Of a stretch of DNA of 64,000 nucleotides, positions 12,301 through 24,300 are shown piece after piece. Under the pieces are notes generated by a model, which saw only the letters and a program-made list of their open reading frames with translations, was not told where the DNA came from and did no database searches. The first letter of the stretch is position 1. The number at the start of each line of letters is the position of its first letter. The translations under genes and the position numbers were made by a program. The stretch comes from Phoronis australis (taxonomy: Eukaryota; Animalia; Phoronida): positions 574,487-638,486 of the forward strand of contig NMRA01000149.1 in the NCBI GenBank assembly GCA_002633005.1. Direction: 5' to 3'.

Positions 12301-15300
12301 AAAATGGTCATCAAAAATGAAGGTAGAAGACATTTTAAAATGGTACTTTAATGGGTATTCCTAACCTCTGTTGCAGGTCCAAAAGTGCAAGTACAACATT
12401 GTACGTAACGGTGACATCAAGCACCTGTGCGATGACGTCTGCTTCAAGAAGTTTCGCATCAACCCTGTTGAGTACCTCAAGGACTTGTCCAAAACTGCTG
12501 CTCCTCCATTATCTTCTGCCGTAACTAAGCCCACCACATCCTTGAAAACGAGCAAAGATACTTCTGTTGCGACCAAAGGGGTGGAGTGTTGTGAGTGCAA
12601 GAAAAAGTCTGACTTGAAAATAACATGGCACGGCCTTGATTTTTGCAGCGAATCGTGTCTTTACCAGCGTGAGTTGTCGCTGGGTAAAACATGCGCATTT
12701 TGCATGCAGATGATCGCGACGAGCTCGTTAAGCAAGTATTGTACAAACTCTGGTTCAGGCATCAAACAGTTCTGTCGGTCTGCCTGCCTGGAAGAGTTTA
12801 AGAAGCGTGTTAAACTCTGTAGTTCTTGCAACCGTGACCTGTCCACGTTGGACCATGACAGCTTCATGGCACCTGTCAGTAAGACGGGAGAGTTCCGCGA
12901 CTTCTGCACAGAGGTCTGCATGACGAAATATTTGGACAATAGCAAGTATGTTCTCTCATATTGAGTTTAAGGACATTGTTCATTGGTACTATACACGCTG
13001 CAGTTACGTTGCAGGTTCTATTGCATGTCTTGTCCTCAAAACTCTGGGTGAGGTTCTGTCAGGAATGTTTCCATGTAGAGAATTGTCTGTGTTTTCATGG
13101 GATTGAAGTACTCAAAGTCTTAGCCATTGATCAAAATTTCTTTTGCTTTTCTTGTGTAGAATTTGTTAAAATTCATAATGTGCTTTGTTTTTCTTACCAA
13201 GACTGGTTGGAAGCTATAAACAATATAATTAGTTAATTAGTACTATGAATAATATTGGTGAAGTTAAAAGACTAGGTCCTGCATTGTAACTTGATGGTAT
13301 CAATTTCTGTATAAATAAGATGCGCATAACTTACTAATTTGAAAGTATTCTAATTATTGCTTTGTTTTATTAACAGGAACACTTCTGAGACCACTGTGGA
13401 TATTGCTTCGCCGGGTCGTCGCACACGTTTGCAGGCAACCGTTGCAAGCTGCGCCAGTTGTGGACGCGCTGTTCCCACAATCCATCAGGTCCTTGTCAAT
13501 GGCAGTGTACACAAGATCTGCAGTCAGGGCTGTCTGAACAAGTTCAAGGTTGACCACAGCCTGTCGGAGTTGAAACCTTGTGAGAGTTGCGGGGTGCTGC
13601 ACGCTGCTACCCACTGCCACAACACGTTGAACTTCCAGGGTGCATCACATTACTTCTGTACGCCCACTTGTCTTAATGTCTACAAGGGCAATCACACTAA
13701 GGTAATCTATTTGTGGTGTATTTTCTTGACTTGAATGTTTTACAGACCTGTGTACCATACGCGAAACATGCGTAGTCAAGCTGAAATTCAAGTTGCGATG
13801 TGGAAGGACACATTGACTACAGGAAACATGCAAGTAAAAGCAACTTGGGTGACCCGTTTCTGTAACTAATGCCTTATTCAAATCCTTTTAATGAGTGTAT
13901 AGTTGTAATGTAAGAATATTTGGTTTTGATTTCAAATTCAAAAATTTCTCTTGCTTCATAAAGGTCATATTAAAATTAACTCAGGTTGGCGCAGTGGCAG
14001 ACTTCAGGTTATTCGCTGTGTTAGTGAATGACGAGGCCAATTCTGTCGATATTCATGACTTAAAGTGTTAGAACTAAACTCTGTCATTTGCTGATTGCTC
14101 ATTTCATCCAACTTCAGCTATCTGCAGTAAATATCATAGTGTTGCTGTCAAAATAGCTATAAAGTGTGAGATTTAGGTTTCAAAGAAAAATTAGTTGTTG
14201 GAGTTGTGCGCTGGTGTCTGTGCCACCTGCTTACATGTTCACTGGCGTCTGTACCACCTGCTTACATGTTCGCTGGCGTCTGTACCGCATACTTACATGT
14301 TCGCTGGCGTCTGTACCACCTACTTACATGTTCGCTGGTGTCTGTACCACGTACTTACATGTTCGCTGGTGTCTGTGTCACCTATTTACATGTTCGCTGG
14401 TGTCTGTGCCACCTACTTACATGTTTGGTGGTGTCTGTAACCCGTACTTTCAGCATTTCTTCGTCATCGACGGAAATGCACATCAAACTCCCAAATGCTT
14501 AAGATACAGGGCAACCATTGATTGCTGGGTTTTGCAATGAGTTGGACTTACTGCTCAGTCTCCGTGTAGTAATAGTGGAAGTGGAAGCATACATAAGTTA
14601 CGTCTGCAAATGCACTGACACGTCTGCTAACCAGTCAGTGTCAATTGTATTCGTATCATGTCGTGGTGTTGAGCACTATGTAAATAGTTGCCCTCGGTCT
14701 TTTCTTAATTACAACATTTACTAAGTTGTTTAAAAGGTAAGAAACTTAATACTGTGTCAGGGCTGTTCCAGCAAAATCTGTATGGGAGGGGGGGGAAGGC
14801 ACTTTTATTTCGTACCCACCGCCTATATTTTTCATTTATTTCTCCAACCCATGACCCATAATTTTTTAGTTATTTTTAATAGGTTAAAATATAAAATCCA
14901 ACACTTGCAAACAAATTGCCTCCAGGAGGACCTGTTAAGAACTTAGATGATTGACAGACAAGAACTAGTTGTCTTGTCCAATATTGTCAAAAACTTATTT
15001 AAGTAACCTGTGAGCAATACTTTTGGCAGCCACCAGGTGTCTCTGTTCACCATGTGTCTATAATTTCAATGAACATTTTTTCAATTATAAGGATCTATGA
15101 ATCTCAAACTGACTCCACGAAATCTTTTATACTTCTATGTCAAGTGAATATTGGAATTGTTTATCTTACTCCTCATACTTTTTATTTAAAAATCATCAAT
15201 TTTCTTATATGTGTTAACACCAGTTTAGTGTTGCAAAACTTCAATTCAATGGAACTGCAGACAAACAAGTGGCTTAAATCAAGTTGCCCATGACTTGATT

Positions 15301-18300
15301 AATGGCTTAGCTAACATATTGCACTCTGTTCACTGGCAATACCGGCTGAAGTAACCAACCTGTCAACATTAACAGGTCAAAAAATACCACCCATTTTTAA
15401 TGCATCACTTCTTAAAGGAACGACCACCCATAATTTGAGTTTTTTTCTGAACACCACCACCCATGAATTTTTATTTCTACTGCCGTCCCCCCCCTCCCAC
15501 CCGGATTTTACTGGAACAGCCCTCAGCATGCTTTCTCAGGAAGAAGCTGCTTTTAAATATTTCCATAAAAATGTGAAAATTTTCTGAAAAATCTGCATGT
15601 CTGTTAAGCAGAATACTTCGAAGCAGTTTTGGTGGTACACGGGTTTGTTTTGATGAAAGACATGCTACATTAACAAAAATACACCATAGAAAGAAAAACA
15701 AGGTGTCTGGTAATGTTAAGGTAAACATTGGACGGTACTCAAAATATTGTGATGTTTTACTCCTTTATTAGGTGCCTGTAATAAGTATGCTTTATTTTGT
15801 TCACTAAGGTGGTGACCTGCTTATGGTGCAAGATGAAGAAAGTAAACTTTGATATGGTGCAACAGATGGGCCCCAACAACAGTCTTCAGTATTTCTGCAC
15901 TCTCAAGTGCCTGTCGATGCAGCGTGTGAAGACGCAGGCTACCTCTAACCAACCCATTAGTTGCGACCACTGCCACAAGGTGACGCCACCGCAGTACCAC
16001 CTGACTATGAGTGATGCGTCAGTGCGTAACTTCTGCTGCTACTCGTGTGTTATGACCTTCCAAAGCCAGTTCCAGACAGGCCCCAGGAAGACATCCCTGC
16101 CCCCACCCCCACCGTATAAACCTCCGATGACGCGTCCAACACACACCCCTGCCCCTGCCCCTGCCCCTGCCCAGGTGCACCCATACCGAACCATGCCAAC
16201 ACTTCAGAGAATGCCCCAGCAAGCTTCTCAACCAGGTAAGATTGATAGTTTACCCAACATTCCTATCATTTTTAATGTGAAATTTGCACGCTTCAAGTGT
16301 GTGCAGTTTTTGAAGAAACTGCACAATGGTTGTATTTTATCATATTCTATGCTACCAATCAACAAAATGTTATTTTTGCCTTAATTACATTTGTCGAGAA
16401 AACATAGACACTTCATCATACAGTGTTTTATTCCCAAGCACTACATCACAGTACCGACTCAACACGAGTAGGGGATTTGCAAGGATTCACCACTTAAATC
16501 ATTCTGAAAACATTGAGGAAACTAAGCACTGCTTCAAGTTGGTTTTTAATGACGGAACTAATCACAACAGTATGTGGTTAGCGTGTAAATGGATATTTAA
16601 GTTAACTAAGGAAATGATACCTTTTGTCTCTCTTTATTCTTCTGTCTGATCCTTGACTTTCCAGATTGATCATAAACAAATAATTGCAGGCGGTCTGACA
16701 CATCTTGTATCAGACTTGTGCAGGCCGTGCATGTGGGCCCATTGCATTGATCACCTGGAACTATTTTTGCGCTTTATTAATAGTCAAAGTCGAGCTGAGG
16801 AGCTAGAAATCTGACTCAAGGGTCTAGCAGTGTGGCCCTGCAAGACTCGAACCCATGACTTCTAGTGAAAAAAGCGGTCACACTAGGCTACACTAGGCCA
16901 CACTTGCCACACTAGGCCACACTTACCACACTAGGCCACACTAGGCCACACTTGCTACACTAGGCCACATTTACCACACTTGCCACACCACACTAGGCCA
17001 CATTGCCTCCTCTGGGAACTGATCAGTTCTCCCAACACTTCATGTTTGCATTTTTAATTTTTCCTCAAATTCCTTTTTTCCACAAATTTGTAGGTTTTCC
17101 TAATGTTTTGTCAAGGTTTGTTGATGAGTAAATTTTTTTTAGTCTAACGAATAAACATCTAATTATCAGAACTGAAATGAAATGCAATAATCATACTAAC
17201 TGTTGGTATCAGTTAGATTTTTCAGACTGTTGAGCTGTACTGTAACAATGACTCCTCTTGACACCAGAAACAGTGGTATTCTAAGACAGGCTGCCTAATA
17301 TAAGGGTGTAAAAGCTGGTCATGTGTTCATTGTTCTGTTGCTAAAGTAGTGGACAAGACGGGGATTGTCTGGAATCATTTGGCTAAGTTTTGGTTTGCAC
17401 TCTCCGTTTTGTGAATAAATTCAGTTGAATTTTCATTCTTTCAGTTCTTCTTTTTTATATTTGTAGTGCATTTGTTTTCCAGATTATAATGTTGGGCATA
17501 ATCCAGCTGATGTTTGTGTGCATTACAATGTCACAATATCAACTGTAAATATGAAATGGTCGCTCTAAGTGCTCTACCTTTTCTTACTTTATTCCTACTC
17601 TTTTGTGAAAAGTTGTTGGGAGACCTGAATTAATGAGACAGAAAGTGTTCTTTGACTCACATTCTCAAGTTTTTGTCTCAATGCAGTTTTTCCACAGCTG
17701 TTGACTCAATTCCAAACCTCCATCTGCCTCTCTATGGCATTGTTACAACACTCTGACTGGTGTACATTTACATATAATGGCAACTCAATTTGAACACAAT
17801 TCCTGTGTATATCTTGTTCAATTTCATTTTTATGTGCCTATATATGTTGGTGCATATTGCAGTCGTCTCTGACTGGGCATCTGGTGTACACTGTTGTTTC
17901 TTCTAAACCCCTTACTTGATTTTCATGAAGTTTTTTTTTGCTGTTAAGCTGATGAAGGATGACTTTCAAATAGATTCCGGTTAGTGCTGTGCCACATAAT
18001 GTACTTACTACTAAGCCAGTTGCTGGATTTTTTCACATTTGACTGATTTGTTCCTAGTGTCAAGGAGACAATACTACCCATGATTTTTGAGCCGAGCCAA
18101 CTTATATCATGAATCTGGATGCTGCTTTTAGGTTTTTGGGCCTGTCTCATCTACTGCGTTTGATCAGGACTCTGTTTCATGAAAGTTTATTTCTCTAAGT
18201 TTGATTGTTACCATGACATAACAATGTTTAACTAGCGCAACGTGATGTGATGGAATGACAGCATTGTTATTTTGGTCTGAGTAAAGACTAGACTAGTTTA

Positions 18301-21300
18301 ATGAAACCGAGCCCAACAGTTGTTGAATTCATGACTTCACAGTTTCATTCGCCATCTTGAATATTGAATTTGGTAGAGTAAACAAACCAATAGACGTATG
18401 TTTTCCATGTGAGTTATGAGTGAGTAAGGCCTGTCAAAACCAATATTTTTTGAAAGATATAGACTGCATTATCAAAAGTTTGCTTTTATGCCATTCGCAA
18501 CACATTATTTGAGATTTGTTAAAATCTCCCATTTTTCTTCCTGAGAACATCTTGTGATCAATTTTGGAGCACATTGTAAGACGTCAATGTTGTCGATAAA
18601 ATTCCGATGCTTGCAAAATCGGCCACATTTTCACCCCAGAATCACTTTTCATACTGATAGTCATCAATGCAAGGAACATCCAAGTCTTTCCAATATTTCA
18701 GTCACTAAAGCTGCGTTTTGCCCTGTTTACCTGGCTAGAAAAGAAAGTCAACTTTTACCCTCTTAAAAACGATGTCGGTATTGGTTACCGGGATAGGATT
18801 CTATTTCTGTCACCAGCAAGAATATGCTTCAGAGTTTATTGTTGTTAGCCAACCCTATAATTGCTTTGAAAATGCGCATGTACATATGCCTGGTATTGTC
18901 TATGACTTTCGGTTTTTATTGGAAGTTAAGTCATGACAAGGAATATTATGAGACCAGTATAATTTGATTTTGATTTTGATTTTAGCCTCTTAAACAGGGT
19001 GAATGCAGCTTTTTTAAAGTCTTAATGTCATTACAAGTTATTGCCCAATGAAATTTTCTGTGTCCATGCAACCCTGCAGTATTCATTGATGGGATAAACG
19101 CAGGTGCTGGTTTCATCATTATTACTATTTTAAAAGAAATCTGCATCGTATTGTCGGGTCTCCACAGAGTACAATGTAAAAATCAGCTTGTTTACTCTGC
19201 CTAGTTCTTTACCACACTACTTATGCCCAACTCATAACCAGAGGCTCGTGTATAGACCTGACTACTCCAGTGCCTTCTGGTGGTAATTTCACTTTTCTTT
19301 GAATATCTTTCTACCAGGATTGTATTTACCAATTCTCGGATGACTAGCACTTTGCACTAATGGAGTTGTTTTGAAATTTCAGAAATGTCTCGGTCTAGTG
19401 ATTGAAAATGTTCGAAAAATGAGCTCTCGTGATATCTTTGCCATTTGCATTGCACACCATATGCACATATCAACATGTGAATTCAGTTTTTGTTGTTCAT
19501 ATTTTTTTCATTGCCTTGGACCTTTCATTCCAATGCCAGAGAAGTGTTTCTGAGATAAAGCCCCATCTACACACAACTGAAAACATGCCTTGGAACACAG
19601 TACTATAATAGTGATATAGTACGAAGAGTATGGTACAACGTGTATGCAAATTTCACTGACTGTGTGAAAATTTTGTCTTGTGCCTGGTTGCATGAATAGT
19701 CCTTTTGCGAGTTTATAACAATAACGCGAGATTGTGTGAGACTCAACACTGACGTCACGGGAAGTGGGGCAATAGCTTGTCGTTTGGCCATTTGCCCAAT
19801 ACGGTAGCAGAGTGTATTCTGTTACTTTCTTCGAGTTTTTAGCCGTTTAGTTCGAAAAATGCCAAACAAGCTTTGCTGTTATGGCTAATGAAATTCAGAT
19901 TTGCACTACAATACGTTCTATCGTGTTTTGTGCTAATTTCGTCCCATGTTTTTTAAACGGGAGGTAGGCGAAATCCGCTCACTGATAAGTTTTCACCTCA
20001 TCAAAAATACATTCTACACCAAAAATTATCACCTAAAACTGCGCTTACTTCTTTCAGTGATCTTTTCTGCTTCTAAACAAATCTTCGATGAAGCATAGCT
20101 ACGGGAATTCAGTTGACTTTGGCGAAGAATTCCAACTCTGCTTTGTGGGTAGCCTACTGTTAACTTTGACCGCGCGCGCGATAACCACAAAGTATTTCAA
20201 CTGAGTCAGGGGAGTATGAGGCAAAGGCTAACGCGAGACTGAGCGAAGCGCGAGACCTGGCGCGTGACACTTGCAAAATAGCATGAGAAAATATCAAGTG
20301 AAATTTGTAAGATTTGTTTCCCTTGGACTTTTTTCGTCAACAGGCGTGATTTCACGTAACTTCCTCAAAATTGCGCCCCATGAGTGAAACTCGAGCGAAC
20401 TGCGAGGTTTTCATGGATATGTTCAAGTTATTTGTAGACTAAATTGTATCCAGAGTCAGAGTATGTGTTAATTATAACTCCATGTGCACATATGCATGTT
20501 TCATTTGATTTTATTTGCTGTATTTTGAAGTGTGTAACTTTTTATGGGGATACACTATCGCCCCTGTATGCCTGCGGCATTCAGGCCTAAACCGGGTTGA
20601 GTTCCAATTTCAGTCCGTTCACACCTTCGCACAACATAACAAGTTCACATTTTCTTCGTCCATTCACAGTTATTCCACGATCCATCTACCATCTCTAAAG
20701 TTGTGTTAACGTTTTAAGCGTAAAATTCACCACAAGAACTCCAGTAAGATTTAGCGTGTGTAGCAAAGACTCGGGGCAAAACAAGAGCAATATAGTGGGT
20801 TTTGCCCCTCTTCCGGTGACGTCACATTGACTAACGAGAAACTCGCAAGTCAGCTATTGTGGGATGTCAAGTTGACATCATGTTTTTGCACGTCATGTTG
20901 CCATTGGTGATTAATATTGTTTGTGCCAGCAGCAGTCACATTTGGCCAATGAATAAATACTGGTGTAATCCAGCTCAGGTTATCAACTGTGAACAAACAA
21001 GGCTTATGGTATAATTTGTTTATAGTATGATTAATGATACAGAATCTGTAACTTTTAACACAAAAAACAGATTTGCACCGTAAGATATGAAATATTCACT
21101 GACATGTCATGAAGTCGGCGACCGATTAGAGAAGTCAAAGAATTTTTTGACAGAGTGTTCAGAGTGTGGAAAAATCTCTGTATGTGATGCTGTTACTGCT
21201 GGTCATTTGACCTTTTGTTTTGTTGAGGTCAATACTTGGAAAAACAATTCAGCCTTGAGCACTTTGATTTAGGCCCTGTGGTGCACTTGGATGAATCAGA

Positions 21301-24300
21301 TGATGATAGCTCAGGAGTGAGTGACAATGAGCAGGGCATACAGGCTGTGCCAAGATCACGCTTTGCAACTGTTGACAACAACAGGCTACAACAGATCTTA
21401 GACGGAGTTCACTCAGACAGCACAAAGAAATTAACTATGAGCTGTGTTAACATTTTCCGTGAATATCTACGAGAAAAAGGTTTTAATGAACATTTCGAGT
21501 CCATGACTGCTCATGAGTTGGATCAGATTTTACAAAAATTCTACTTGGAAGTGCGCAATCAGCAAGGAGAGCTGTACAAAAAGTCATCAATGCTTGCAAT
21601 CAAACATGCACTCAACCGCTATCTTCAGAGCTTAAAAAGTAATATGGACATCATTAGAGGAATGGATTTCAAGGAATCCAATAAAATGGCCAAAGCTATG
21701 TCTAAAGAACTTAAGAAGGCTGGCAAAGCTGGCACCGAACACGTAGTCCCAATTCTGGAAAGTGACTTGGTGGAAATGTACGACTACTTCAGCCTTGGTG
21801 ACCCAGTTACACTCCAGCAAAAAGTATTTGTTGATTTAGTTCTGCACTTGGTTCGTCGCGGTCGAAAAGATCTTCGACAACTTCTTGTCACCGATTTTGA
21901 AGTCCAGGTAGATGCAGATGGAAAGCAATACATCCACTTGAAAAATCACAGAGAAGATGATGCTGAGAATTTAAGACGATTATATGAAATCAGAGGTAAT
22001 GATTTTGATATGAACATGATTCCAAACCAAAAGTTGTATTAATTTTTCTTTATTTTACTAAGTGTGGTACTTTTGTGGTTTCACTGATAATTGTATTATT
22101 TCTTGGATTGCATTGTTTTCACATTATAGTGCAAAATCCTCTTGCGTGAGTAACTTCAACTTCATATTTCAATTTAAAGAGTACGTGCTATTTATTTTAA
22201 TTTTTACGATCCATTGTTTTTATATTGATGCACTTGGTATTTGTATTAAATTTAAATTACAACTATAGCCACGGCAACACCGTCAAGTGTCACTGTCTGC
22301 ATATCTGGCATGGGGCTGAGAAGAATTAACTTGGACTAATCTTCTTTTTTCAGGGAGTCGAATATGTCCTGTTGTGTCCTTCCAGCTGTATCTTTCCAAA
22401 TTAAACCCCAAGTGTGAGTTCCTCTTCCAGAAGCCAAATATGGTGACTGGCCCTGCAGTATGGTACTGTAACTCACCACTAGGCCATAACACACTGGGCA
22501 GGATACTAAGTGTTATAAGTAAAGATGCCAAGCTGTCCATGGTCTACACCAACCAAAGTCTCAAGGCCACTGCATCAATACATCTACCAAACCACGCGCA
22601 ATTTGCTGGCAGGCATATCATGACTGTTCCTGGACTTAGAAATGAGCAAGTAATGAGAACTTGTGCAGTTCCCACAGGTGACCAAATGAAGGACAGAACA
22701 TCAACTGTTGTTAATGAAAAATATGGGTTGCCGCCTTGTAATTCAGGTGAATTTTCCCTTGGCTGTTGCTGTGCATGTAACTTATCATCCTCTAGTGGCA
22801 AATCCAGAGGAAGCTCTTTGATGATATCTTGTCTGGAAATAAGGATCTGATCAACAGGTTAACTGATACAGAACTTGACTGAATTCCAGACGCCTTGGTC
22901 ACAATCAGGGTGCAGTGTATCTGTGTGAATATTTGTTTGTTTCGTTTTCTTTCTTTCATTGTATTTATTGGTTTGTTTTGTTTACAGACTGGACATAGAA
23001 TATATTTATATGAATGTTGTAACATTGAGAAATAAGGGGCTCGTTCCAAGAAACTAGCTTAAGGTCATCATCGGTCTTAAGAATCTAAGATTTGTCTTTG
23101 TCAAAGATTTTTTTGTGATTAAATAAAGTATCTTAACTAAATTCGACTTCATGTTTCTGTCGTAACTTCAAGTAAATTCTCACTTTGTCTCAAGTCGATC
23201 TAAAGTTGTCAAGATGCCAATCATTTGAATTTATCGAGGAAATTTAATCAAACAAATTTAAGAGGTTATTGCAACCTCCAAACTGGAATGCTTCAGTCAT
23301 GTAAATTTCTTTTTTCTTCTCAAAACCCCTGACAAACGGTTGTTCATTTTGTCGTTGTTTAATTTAACCTCTAAACGTGGAGAGCTTCACTTCCATTTTG
23401 TTATGCGACTACTGTGCTTTAGCCTTACAAACCAGGGGTAACTGTTTCGAAAATGGCATTTTGTGGAAATCAGATGTCAAATCCAAAAGTTTTAGTGCCC
23501 AATCATCTAAAGCTGATTTCTTTAATAAAATTTCTGAACATGTCTGCAGAAGAATTTGGAAAGGGGGTCTTGAGACAAATCTCCAGTTGGAAACTTTAGA
23601 GGAACTTTCGATCACTTTCTTGGATCTGATTTAAGATGGCCTTTAGTTTTAACTTAACTAAGTTAGTTTTCTTGGAAGGGGCACCTAAGAAGTACATACA
23701 GAGCAATGTGGATAGCAAGAAGACATTGCATGTGTTTGTCAGGTTGTAATAAAAACATAATTTAACTGTCAATGGAAACTTGTTTATTTGTTCACAGAAA
23801 TAATGACCACCAGTAACACAATAAAGCATTAAACATGTGAGCTGACTTCACACTTTCATCTTAAAAATCTTCACTTCTTTGATGGCAAAAATGAGACGCT
23901 GTTTCATACATCAAGTTAATTTATCAAATTTTATCTAACTGCCTTGTGGACGAAGTCCAGTTTGTTGATTTCTTCTGCTCTAGTTTCTCTGTGGGCTTTT
24001 TGTGTGTGGTCTTGACTATATTACTCTATGTTCAGGTAAATGGAGAGAGCAGGTATTGCATGAAGAGAACAATCTACTAAACAGTAGGTCACATGCAATA
24101 CTACTACACCATCAATCAACAAAACTGTGTCTGTTGTCTAGGATAGCTGAGATTGGATGTTGATATGGGCACATTACCATAGCTGCTATACAAACCTGCA
24201 GTTTGCCAAAGAAAAGAAATTTTGATTATTAGCTCGTACTTCTAATAATCTGGTTTCAACTTTGTCGTTACTCAAATACTATCTTTGGAAGGAGCTGTTG

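Larger units (their letters stand above)
11842..16235 (+). other. Gene 1 MYM/FCS zinc-finger array (8 fingers over 4 exons)
   Basis: CIVC..LCDDVC, CCEC..FCSESC, CAFC..FCRSAC, CSSC..FCTEVC, CASC..ICSQGC, CESC..FCTPTC, CLWC..FCTLKC, CDHC..FCCYSC. Confidence 0.9.

Noticed and set aside
21236-22850. Active Crypton transposon, or a phage/bacterial integrase contaminant
   Set aside because: Catalytic H, R, H and Y appear substituted. It has a GT-AG intron, begins at a splice acceptor rather than a good ATG, and no element boundaries are visible.
24036-24163. Possible extra phase-1 terminal exon after the nested module
   Set aside because: It has a plausible acceptor and a short open frame, but no recognisable motif or other support.
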